A DNA stretch of 64,000 bases, from assembly GCA_963770835.1 (NCBI GenBank), contig CAVYRH010000008.1:96001-160000 (forward strand), in the 5' to 3' direction. This DNA comes from an uncultured Pseudomonadota bacterium (lineage in GTDB: Bacteria > Oederibacteriota > Muellerivitia > Muellerivitales > Muellerivitaceae). A program made the translations under genes and the position numbers. Positions 1-7,476 of the stretch are shown one piece after another; within the stretch, counting starts at the first letter, position 1; each line of letters starts with the position of its first letter. Under the pieces are notes generated by a model that was not told the origin of the DNA, searched no databases, and worked only from the letters and a program-made list of their open reading frames with translations.

Positions 1-1
1 A

Positions 2-514
2 ACGCCGGGTGTCCACCGGCGCGAAGGCCGTCCTCACCTTCTCAGGATCAACGGGGCAGGTCTCGATCACGTTCCGCCGGATAAAATCGGAGCAGGCCAA
101 AAGGAGGTCCACCCGCCGGTAAAGCCAACGGTGGAGAAAATCCTTTTTCAGGATGGAGGAAGCGACGTGTTTAGAGAGGACCAGGGGGCCCTTCCAGCCC
201 TCCAAGGCCAGGGCGGGCACTACCGTCGATAAATCCCTTGAGTGGTGGAGATGGATGAGGTCCGGCGGGTCTTTCCGCAACGCTTGGCGGAACCTCCAGA
301 TGCCGAGCGGGTGAAAATGCCCGCTGAAGTGGAACGGCCCGGGGGAAAGCCCCCCCTCCACCGCCTTTCGCCCCAAAAACGAATCCGGATCGGCCCACAC
401 CGAGACTTGTTGGCCCTTTTCCCGCAAGCCGGGGGCCAGCATCAACGGGACCAATTCCATCCCTCCTTCCCCGAGGGAGGAAACGGCCTGGACGATGCGC
501 AGGTGGCTGTTCAT
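2..514 (-). CDS. Glycosyltransferase family 4 (GT-B), N-terminal part, truncated by the window edge
   Basis: Manual translation from ATG 514 (absent from the ORF track because it has no stop in the window): MNSHLRIVQAVSSLGEGGMEL...PDLIHLHHSRD...VLSKHV...VDLLLACSDFIRR; GGxE, DxIHxH and acS motifs of the GT4 N-domain. Confidence 0.8.
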   Translation of the reverse strand, partial: MNSHLRIVQAVSSLGEGGMELVPLMLAPGLREKGQQVSVWADPDSFLGRKAVEGGLSPGPFHFSGHFHPLGIWRFRQALRKDPPDLIHLHHSRDLSTVVPALALEGWKGPLVLSKHVASSILKKDFLHRWLYRRVDLLLACSDFIRRNVIETCPVDPEKVRTAFAPVDTRR

Positions 515-661
515 TTTCGAGTTTGTTCCCCTTAGGTGCGATATCCCATATTTAATTAAACGGCATTTGGGCCCGCCCATAGGTGTGGCAGGCCGGACCC
601 TTATTCAAGTCTGCCGTTTCCAATTTACACGCCGGGGCGGGGCCGGATCAATCGCCCGGCG

Positions 662-940
662 TTATTCGCCGGATGCCCGTTGAAAAAACTCCTGGACATC
701 CCGGCAGGCCTCTTCCGCGTCATCCCCTTGGAAGGTGAATTCCAATTCCGCCCCCTTGCCCGCCCCGAGCGAGACCAACCCAACGATGCTCTTGGCGTTC
801 GCCCATTTGTAACCGTTACGGACGGCAATCTCGCATTGATACCGGTTCGCGATAAGGGCCAGGTTGGGCGCGGACCTCAAATGGGGGCCCCGGGAACCTT
901 GAACGATGATCTTTTCGACGATTTCCACGCGGTTCCTCAC
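662..940 (-). CDS. HPr-family phosphocarrier, His15 and Ser46 equivalents retained
   Basis: GPHLRSA (cf. GLHARPA), ANAKSIVGLVSLGAGKG, GDDAEEA; 92 aa. Confidence 0.85.
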   Translation of the reverse strand: MRNRVEIVEKIIVQGSRGPHLRSAPNLALIANRYQCEIAVRNGYKWANAKSIVGLVSLGAGKGAELEFTFQGDDAEEACRDVQEFFQRASGE

Positions 941-1010
941 GAGCCCGGTTTACGGCCCATTCCCAAAACCAGGCCTCTTTTGCGCGCTTCGCCGCCGGTG
1001 GGATGGCTTT

Positions 1011-1193
1011 TCATTTGTTTCCTTCCCATTTCCGGGCCGAAGTTTCCTGGAGGTGAAGCCCGTTTTCCTTCTGGTCCATCAGGAAACAATCGGTGCAATC
1101 CAGGATATGGTCGGCGATGATTTCCCTTTCTTGCGCCGGCAATTTTCCGAGGATGTAGGCCTTGTATTTCTTTTTAACTTGTTCACAGTTCAT
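1011..1193 (-). CDS. Stand-alone zf-HC2 (ZAS) anti-sigma-type zinc finger protein
   Basis: MNCEQV...YILGKL...E..IADHILDCTDC = C-x(n)-HxxxCxxC; ATGA overlap with the upstream HPr-like ORF. Confidence 0.75.
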   Translation of the reverse strand: MNCEQVKKKYKAYILGKLPAQEREIIADHILDCTDCFLMDQKENGLHLQETSARKWEGNK

Positions 1194-1507
1194 GAAACAC
1201 CTCCGTTTTTAAACTGGACCCTTCCTTCTTTCGGGGCCGATGCGCTTTGGGTGATAAACCGGCTTATGCTGGAATCCCGGATGGACTTGAGGGCTTCCTC
1301 CTCGTCGATTCCATCGAGGCCCACTTCCACCCTCCACAAATCGGGGCGGATGCGGGACAGCACCTCCAGTAATTTCTTCCCGTCGATCTTAATTTCATCG
1401 TCATGGATGCTGATGTGGCAGTGAACCTCCCGGGCGATGCGGACTATGTCGGTCAAGGCCCAGGCGGGGAGCCCCGGTTTATTTTGGAGCGTTATTTTTT
1501 TTGACAT
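1190..1507 (-). CDS. Degenerate HPr-like protein lacking both phosphoacceptors
   Basis: MSKKITLQNKPGLPAWA (H15->P), IDGKKLL (S46->K), GIDEEEAL; GAGG RBS. Confidence 0.6.
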   Translation of the reverse strand: MSKKITLQNKPGLPAWALTDIVRIAREVHCHISIHDDEIKIDGKKLLEVLSRIRPDLWRVEVGLDGIDEEEALKSIRDSSISRFITQSASAPKEGRVQFKNGGVS

Positions 1508-1615
1508 TTTTTCCTCTTTTCCATGTTGGGGTTGGGAACGCGTCCGCGGATAGTTTCTTCCGGACGCGCAAAGAAAGGATCATCCCGGTGGATGACCCGG
1601 ATTTCGGAAAAAATC

Positions 1616-1972
1616 TCAGATTCGCAGGGGAATGGGGACGGTCGATGGAAAAGCCGTTCTTCCAAAAGAGGCGGGAGCCGCTTGTGCCGTCACGCGGAAA
1701 GCGAAAACGGAAAATGGGGAATTGGGAGACAATCGGGCGCAAGGCTTGAAATTGTTGAATTTATTCCCGGCTTGAAGGGATTGGCAGTTGAGCTGGCTTA
1801 AAAACCTCTTGCCGAAAGCCTGGCGGTTGGAACGGCGGAGGGTGTCTTGGGCGCCGTAATTACCGTTGGCGCGGACCATCACCATGGCCAGTTCCCGGCA
1901 GGCCAGGGGAAGCAGGGCGGCGGCCACGAGGAAAGCCAATAGGTTTTTCCGGGAAGAGGTTAACTTCGGCAT
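1616..1972 (-). CDS. LRI-stop small membrane/secreted leader protein #1
   Basis: 118 aa; hydrophobic N-terminus LLAFLVAAALLPLAC; ends PIPLRI*; clear paralog of 3554..3910; GGAGGG RBS. Confidence 0.75.
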   Translation of the reverse strand: MPKLTSSRKNLLAFLVAAALLPLACRELAMVMVRANGNYGAQDTLRRSNRQAFGKRFLSQLNCQSLQAGNKFNNFKPCARLSPNSPFSVFAFRVTAQAAPASFGRTAFPSTVPIPLRI

Positions 1973-2036
1973 ATTTTCAAACCGTCCCTCCCTAAAAGGT
2001 GGAAGCCCCGGGGTGCGCCCGGCCGTGAGGCGCCGG

Positions 2037-3290
2037 TCATCCGGCCGCCATCGCTTTCACCGGTTTCCCGTTCGCCTGGAAGGCCTCCACCGATCCGTCT
2101 CGAAGGGTCAAGAGGACCTTTAAGCCCTTCCCCGACCCGGTGAACCGGACTCCTTTCACGCCGGTATCCAGGAAGAGGGGCTTGCCCCCGGTTTCCAGCA
2201 AAAAGGCGTCCCTTGTATCGCCGACCAGCTTCACCGTGCGGCTGTTGTCGTCGCTCTGGAAGAGAATCTCACCGGCGGCTTCTTTGGGGGCGGTATAGCT
2301 GGGGGTTTCGCCGGAACGGTTATAGGGCCCCGGCCCGCCCTGGGCCTGCGGTTCCTCGCCGTTATCCAGGGGCGGGTTGTTGTAACCGCCGTCACTGTTC
2401 GAAGGCACATATTGGCCGTTTTCATTGATATAAACCGTGTTGGTCGCGGGGTTGGGCCAGTTCCAGCACCCATTGTCCCAATAGTCCCAATTGCCGTACC
2501 AGGGGTCGTTCCACCAAAACTGGCCGCCATAATACTGGGTCCAAAAGCAGCCGCCGCCGCCGTACCAGCCGTACCAGTTGCAGCCGAACCCGTCGCAATA
2601 ATTGCAATAGTTCCACCCGTTGTAGCTATGCCAGAAGTATTGGTTGCGGTTGTTTTCGGCGGTACGGTTGAACCCGTTGAGCTGGGACTTGAAGTTCCGG
2701 TCCCCGGTAATGGAGTTCATTTGGTTGCGCACGAAGCCGGAGTTCATCTGGCGGGGCGAGAAGGCCGAGCCCGAAAGGCGCTGGCCGTAGGGGCCCCGGG
2801 AGGGCATCCGCGCCGAGGAACGCTGCATATTCCCCGGGAAGGACCGGCCGTTGGAGCGCCCGGTGAGGGAATTCCGGTTGAAGAACTGGGAACCCATGGA
2901 ACGGTTCCCGTTGAAGTTATTGCCGCGATAGTTCCGGTTGAAGCCGTTGGTGTTTCCATAAGCCCGGTTGAAAGACTGGTTCCGTCCTCCCCAAAAGCCC
3001 CGGTTGCCCCGGAAAGAAGACCCGTAATAGGAACGGGAACTTCCCCGGTAAAAGTTCCCAAAACCCCGGTTGCCGCCGCTGAAGCCCCCTCGAAAACCGC
3101 CTCCCCAGCCGCCATGGCCGCTCCAGGTGGAGTTGCCGTCGCTGAAACCCCCTCCGCCGCCACGGCTGCCGCCGCTGAAGCCCCCTCCGCCGCCCCCACG
3201 GCCGCCGCCCCCGCCCCCTCCGCCATGGGATGGCAAGGCCGCCGCCGGAAGCAACAAGGTCAGGGAAAAGATGAAGATTAGTTTTTTCAT
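2037..3290 (-). CDS. Secreted Gly/Arg/Asn-rich low-complexity protein with a Trp/Tyr/Cys-rich domain, paralog A
   Basis: Sec signal MKKLIFIFSLTLLLPAAA; poly-Gly/RGG tract; YFWHSYNGWNYCNY...DPWYGNWDYW; C-terminal domain shared with 7477..8763. Confidence 0.8.
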   Translation of the reverse strand: MKKLIFIFSLTLLLPAAALPSHGGGGGGGGRGGGGGGFSGGSRGGGGGFSDGNSTWSGHGGWGGGFRGGFSGGNRGFGNFYRGSSRSYYGSSFRGNRGFWGGRNQSFNRAYGNTNGFNRNYRGNNFNGNRSMGSQFFNRNSLTGRSNGRSFPGNMQRSSARMPSRGPYGQRLSGSAFSPRQMNSGFVRNQMNSITGDRNFKSQLNGFNRTAENNRNQYFWHSYNGWNYCNYCDGFGCNWYGWYGGGGCFWTQYYGGQFWWNDPWYGNWDYWDNGCWNWPNPATNTVYINENGQYVPSNSDGGYNNPPLDNGEEPQAQGGPGPYNRSGETPSYTAPKEAAGEILFQSDDNSRTVKLVGDTRDAFLLETGGKPLFLDTGVKGVRFTGSGKGLKVLLTLRDGSVEAFQANGKPVKAMAAG

Positions 3291-3353
3291 GTCGCACCGC
3301 CTAAAGGATTCGGGCCCTTCGTACCGTTCGGCCCCAATCCCACCTCTTACTGT

Positions 3354-3383
3354 TTGGACGTTCCAGCCTGTAAAAATAATTCC
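3354..3383 (-). promoter_or_regulatory. ECF sigma-like promoter upstream of Gly-rich paralog A
   Basis: Minus strand GGAATT-N17-CGTCCAA; same spacing and a shared TTTTTAC spacer core upstream of paralog B. Confidence 0.45.
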
Positions 3384-3477
3384 GCCTTAAACCCGCCCTT
3401 CTGGATTCGGAAAATTTTATTTTTGGATCTCACGGATTTTTTCGGTTTGTTTAAAAATCACTTCATCGAAAAGGGGA

Positions 3478-3527
3478 GACGCGGAATGATCCCTTGAAAA
3501 AAACACGGACAAGGAATCATCCGCGTC
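3478..3527 (-). other. Hairpin just downstream of the LRI #2 stop
   Basis: gacgcggaatgatccctt ... aaggaatcatccgcgtc near-perfect inverted repeat. Confidence 0.6.
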
Positions 3528-3553
3528 GGGCAATCAGTATTTCGGGGGAATTC

Positions 3554-3910
3554 TCAGATTCGTAACGGGGTAAGAACAGCGGCTGGAAAAGCCCCTTCCC
3601 CGAAAGCGGCGGGAGCCGCCTTTGCCGTGACCAACTCGGCAGAAAGGGACAAGGGGGTACGGGGGGAGAACCCGGTGCAAGGCTTGAAATTCGTGAATTT
3701 GTTCCCGGCTTGGAGGGATTGATTGTTGAGCTGGCTCAAAAACCTTTTGCCGAAGCACTGGCGGTTGGACTGGCGCAAATTATCTTGGGTGCTGTAACCG
3801 GCGTTGGAGCGGATAAGCACCATGACCAGCTCCCGGCAGGCCAGGGGGGGCAGCACGGAAAGGACTATTAAAACCAGCAGGTTTTTTTGAAAACCCGTTA
3901 ACTTCGTCAT
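3554..3910 (-). CDS. LRI-stop small membrane/secreted leader protein #2
   Basis: 118 aa; LLVLIVLSVLPPLACREL; FGKRFLSQLN shared with #1; ends TPLRI*. Confidence 0.75.
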   Translation of the reverse strand: MTKLTGFQKNLLVLIVLSVLPPLACRELVMVLIRSNAGYSTQDNLRQSNRQCFGKRFLSQLNNQSLQAGNKFTNFKPCTGFSPRTPLSLSAELVTAKAAPAAFGEGAFPAAVLTPLRI

Positions 3911-4140
3911 GATTTAACCCTACTCTTCCGCCCGGTAAGTTTCAAGGCCACTCCCGCGCGGCGGGCCACTCGAGACCACAAGTCGAGTGGGGTGGTTGCC
4001 CGCGCAAATTTATTAAGAAATCTGTAGAAAAGGCCGAAGAAAGGCCTGATTGGCATGAACTGCCGGTTGTGAAAGCTTCTTTACAATGGGCCATAATCTA
4101 AAGGCCGGGCCTCTTTATTCCGAAAGGAATCGGGGCGGAT

Positions 4141-4821
4141 TTAGTGCGGCGCGCAATAAAGCACCTGGGTCGCGAGGCAGGTGCCGCAGGTGTCATAGGC
4201 GCAGCCCAGGTAGGCGGCCCAAGAAAAGGCCCCCTCCATCAGGCTTGCCTTGGATTCGCAGTCGGTGAGCACGGTGGAGCAGGGCCCCTCGCAGGCGGAT
4301 TGCAGGGAACTTTTCATGCAGGACCAAAAGCCGTGGACGGCCTGCGTCTGGTAACCCGCCGGGGTCTTGACTGCGGTAAATTCCTTGACCATCAAGGGAT
4401 CCCGGTCCTGGGCGACCTCGAGCGCCCGGTAGGTGTTGACCCCGTCCGAGAGGTATTCCAGCGCGGCCGCGTCCGGGGACCCCACTTGGTCCAGGTCGTA
4501 AACGCGCCACGTCATGGTGACGGCCTTCCCGTCGCGGGTGACCGTCCCCCCCACGCCCCAGTCCCCGTTGGACCAGCGGCTGGTGAGGGTGTAACCCATG
4601 GACGCCGCACCCGCGACCAGGGCTTTCCAGGCGTCATCCAACGCCATCATGGTCGTATAATCGCTTTTCAACTCATCCAGCCCAAGGGTTTGCAACGGCC
4701 CATTCCCGCCCGATTGCGCGCAAGCTTGGGACGCAACCCACAGGGCGAACACCGCTCCCCATGCCCAAAAGGATGCCCCCTTCGCGGGGCCGCGACAGCT
4801 TCTGCGTTTAATGAAATCCAT
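4141..4821 (-). CDS. Secreted protein with an 8-Cys C-terminal domain (possible bacteriocin-like precursor)
   Basis: Signal peptide ending ACA; C-terminus GFWSCMKSSLQSACEGPCSTVLTDC...GCAYDTCGTCLATQVLYC; AAGGAGG RBS. Confidence 0.6.
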   Translation of the reverse strand: MDFIKRRSCRGPAKGASFWAWGAVFALWVASQACAQSGGNGPLQTLGLDELKSDYTTMMALDDAWKALVAGAASMGYTLTSRWSNGDWGVGGTVTRDGKAVTMTWRVYDLDQVGSPDAAALEYLSDGVNTYRALEVAQDRDPLMVKEFTAVKTPAGYQTQAVHGFWSCMKSSLQSACEGPCSTVLTDCESKASLMEGAFSWAAYLGCAYDTCGTCLATQVLYCAPH

Positions 4822-5204
4822 GGCGAACCTCCTTGGCTCAAAGTCTACTTTTATTGGACACCCGCGAATTCCGGGAATTCAAGGCGGTGCATGCGGAAAG
4901 AGGGCCGCCTTCGGAACGTTCTTCCCATGTTTATTGAATCGGCTTATGAGAATTAGGCTGACGCCTTTTCGACACGGGTCGAAGCGCGGGCGGGAAGCCA
5001 AGCGAATGGGTATGAGTGGCCCGGCCATGAAACTGGCGGCCCCACACCCCTTGTGGGGCTGTTTCATACCATAACCCAGGGTTATCTTCCGGACGGGGGC
5101 CGGGTTTCAACTGTCTTAAAAAGGCAAATCTCCTTATGTTTAACCCAATTGCGTAACCTTTGCGGCCCATCGGCCGTCTAAAATAGGCAAAAGGAACGGT
5201 ATTA

Positions 5205-5561
5205 ATGGTACTGCAACCCCAAAACCGAGCCCAAACCCAACCCTCTTTTTTTAAAGCCGGGGCCGCTTTCCTCGTCTTCATCATCACCTTCTTATCCTTT
5301 GTTCCGGGCGGGTCCATCTCGCTTAAAGTTTCCACTATTTCCCATTCAAGCATCCCATCCACCGGCCACTGGCGGGCCAGCCGGCGCATTTATCCCAACC
5401 AGCAGGCCTCCAGCAAATCCGCAGTGGAAGTTCCCTTCAACTTCTATCCGCCCCAAACCTCCCCGGAAAGGATTTTCCGGGTGGCGCAAGACCGCAATGC
5501 CGCCGTTCCCCCTTTGAACCGCCGTTCCCCCGCCGTGCTTTTCTCCGTCTTACGCATTTAA
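5205..5561 (+). CDS. LRI-stop small membrane/secreted leader protein #3
   Basis: 118 aa; TM AGAAFLVFIITFLSFV; Pro-rich tail ending SVLRI*. Confidence 0.65.
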   Translation: MVLQPQNRAQTQPSFFKAGAAFLVFIITFLSFVPGGSISLKVSTISHSSIPSTGHWRASRRIYPNQQASSKSAVEVPFNFYPPQTSPERIFRVAQDRNAAVPPLNRRSPAVLFSVLRI

Positions 5562-5580
5562 TCTAACCCGCCGTTCCCCC
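5500..5580 (+). repeat. 13-nt direct repeat CCGCCGTTCCCCC x3 straddling the LRI #3 stop
   Basis: Exact copies at 5500-5512, 5519-5531 and 5568-5580. Confidence 0.85.
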
Positions 5581-5661
5581 GGGCATTTAAAAACCGCCCA
5601 CCCCTTGTTTCCGATTTTCCGTTTTTAAACATTTTAATTTTTACAACTGAAGGAGAAACCC

Positions 5662-5835
5662 ATGCGATGGAAAGAAATACTGATCGGCGCCGGCATTTAC
5701 CTGTTGGTCATCCTGTCGGGTTACGAAGTCCCTTTTTTCATCCATCTTGTTAAAGCCCATTGCCAAACTCTTATCGCGTTCGGAAAAGAAGAACGAGCGG
5801 TTTGGCGTTTCGCGGTTCACAGCTTCGGGCTTTAA
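5662..5835 (+). CDS. 57-aa small membrane protein (below the ORF-track cutoff)
   Basis: AAGGAG RBS then MRWKEILIGAGIYLLVILSGYEVPFFIHLVKAHCQTLIAFGKEERAVWRFAVHSFGL*. Confidence 0.65.
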   Translation: MRWKEILIGAGIYLLVILSGYEVPFFIHLVKAHCQTLIAFGKEERAVWRFAVHSFGL

Positions 5836-5905
5836 CCTCGGGCTAAAAAAACCAACCTACAACGCGGCCGGCCCCTTAGGAGCCGCCGCCAGAAAGGAAA
5901 AAAAC

Positions 5906-6559
5906 ATGAATTTTTATATCTCAATCTCCCAGCTGATCCAAGCCGCCGAGGGCCTGGAAAAAAACCTGAGTCTCCTGGCCGAAAGGGCTTTCCGGGTCTG
6001 TCCCCGGGATGCCCGCGCAAACCGGGATCTTCTGGGGCAATGCGCGGAGCAAGTGGGGGCAGCCAGGGAAACCTTGGGAAAGAAGGTCCTCCTCAGCAAG
6101 ACGGCGCTGCGCCACGCGGCCATGCTTTCCCAAATTTTCGGCCTTTGCTTCCGCCGGATGGTTCTCCTGGGGTCCACCGTGGCGGGCATCGAAAAGGAGG
6201 ATGGGGAATACGCCCAAACCGTCCTGTATTTATTCTCAGGAGCCCACCGCCACTTTGTCCTGTTCCAGGAAACCCTGGCCAAGCTGACTTGCGTTCCCCT
6301 GGCATTGGAATTTCAGCCTCCCGCGGATCAAACGGAAAGCGCCATGGGTGTTTTCCAGCGGGAGGAATCCTACCGCCGGGAGATGCTGGGCCTTTTGGAA
6401 AAAGCCCTCGAGCTTTTCAACGAGGAGCGGGAATTGTATGACTCGTTCCAATCGATCAGGCAGGATCTTTTGGAAGCGAAGCGAAAAACGAGGCGGCTCT
6501 TAATCGTCCAGGCGGCTCCCAAAGCCGTCCCGCCTTCGCCGGTATTGGCGCGGAGCTGA
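5906..6559 (+). CDS. Alpha-helical hypothetical protein, possibly a degenerate ferritin/rubrerythrin-like bundle
   Basis: AAGGA RBS before ATG 5906; amphipathic helices; HRHF and EESY segments but no intact ExxH pairs. Confidence 0.55.
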   Translation: MNFYISISQLIQAAEGLEKNLSLLAERAFRVCPRDARANRDLLGQCAEQVGAARETLGKKVLLSKTALRHAAMLSQIFGLCFRRMVLLGSTVAGIEKEDGEYAQTVLYLFSGAHRHFVLFQETLAKLTCVPLALEFQPPADQTESAMGVFQREESYRREMLGLLEKALELFNEERELYDSFQSIRQDLLEAKRKTRRLLIVQAAPKAVPPSPVLARS

Positions 6560-6611
6560 CGAGCCGTCTGTCCCTGAAGTGGTCGTGAAGTGAAGAAATT
6601 TATGTATGAAA

Positions 6612-6660
6612 AAACGGCGCCCCGGGATGTGGAATCCATCCCAAGGCGCCGTTTCCTTTT
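6612..6660. terminator. Probable bidirectional terminator between convergent genes
   Basis: aaacggcgcc-ccgggatg...catccc-aa-ggcgccgttt stem with A/T-rich flanks. Confidence 0.6.
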
Positions 6661-6672
6661 AACCCTCCGAAA

Positions 6673-6933
6673 TTAAGCAGGGGTCTTCACCGCCAGATCC
6701 ACCAGTAGTGCCATGATGGCTTCCCGGGCATCCCCTCCCTCGGCGGTGATTTCGAGATTGTTACCCTTGGCGGCAAGCAAACCGATGATTTCGACGAAAC
6801 TTTTGGCGTCGACAACCACCTTTCCTTTTTGAATCTGTATTCGGGATTTAAACCGGGATGCGGTCTTTTGAAACTCCGACAACGTCCTTATTTGAAACTT
6901 AGATGGGTGTGGAATAGTGACTTTTTTAACCAT
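6673..6933 (-). CDS. Crh-like HPr paralog (His15->Gln, Ser46 retained)
   Basis: SKFQIRT at the GLHARP position; VDAKSFVEIIGL; EITAEGGDAREA; AAGGAG RBS. Confidence 0.75.
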   Translation of the reverse strand: MVKKVTIPHPSKFQIRTLSEFQKTASRFKSRIQIQKGKVVVDAKSFVEIIGLLAAKGNNLEITAEGGDAREAIMALLVDLAVKTPA

Positions 6934-7058
6934 TGGGAGGCTCCTTTATTGAGTCTTTTTATTTGGATTTTTCGCGTAACACGCATGGGAAACGGCATAA
7001 AAATACACTAGTGCGGGGTTTGTCCGCGGAACATCAGCCACTCAATTTTGGGGAAGCC

Positions 7059-7430
7059 TCAAATGCGCAAGGGAGGAGCGGAACAACTGGGATGAACTGG
7101 TACAAACCGTGGATTAAATAAGGCGCCGTTTTTTTCATCCCCTTCCGGATTGGTGGGTTTTAAGGAAACCCTTGAATCCGAATAAGGCCTAGGGGGATTG
7201 TGGAATTTTGAATCGAATTCTTTGGCTTGGGCGTCAAGTAAATGAATCAGGGTTTTTCCAAAACGCCGGCCTTGGCCGGTGTTGGAAAAAGAAGCTTGTG
7301 AAAATAAGCGGGGACAGTGAAGGCTCAAGCTGAGAAGCTGCCGGCAGGCAAAGGGCATCAGGGTCGCCGCCAGGAGACCCGTTAGGAGAGTACGCCGTAA
7401 AAACACCCATCGTCCCATCCAGACACCCAT
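7059..7430 (-). CDS. LRI-stop small membrane/secreted leader protein #4
   Basis: 123 aa; LLTGLLAATLMPFACRQL and RRFGK shared with #1/#2; ends APPLRI*. Confidence 0.7.
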   Translation of the reverse strand: MGVWMGRWVFLRRTLLTGLLAATLMPFACRQLLSLSLHCPRLFSQASFSNTGQGRRFGKTLIHLLDAQAKEFDSKFHNPPRPYSDSRVSLKPTNPEGDEKNGALFNPRFVPVHPSCSAPPLRI

Positions 7431-7476
7431 CCTGCTTTACCCTTTTGTGGGAGCATTCATCAAAATAGTTTTCGAC

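Noticed and set aside
4931..5389. 152-aa minus-strand ORF overlapping LRI #3
   Set aside because: No motifs; the + strand ORF is supported by family features.
5500..5580. CCGTTCCCC repeats as a CRISPR array
   Set aside because: Only 13 nt, irregular 6- and 36-nt gaps, no cas genes.
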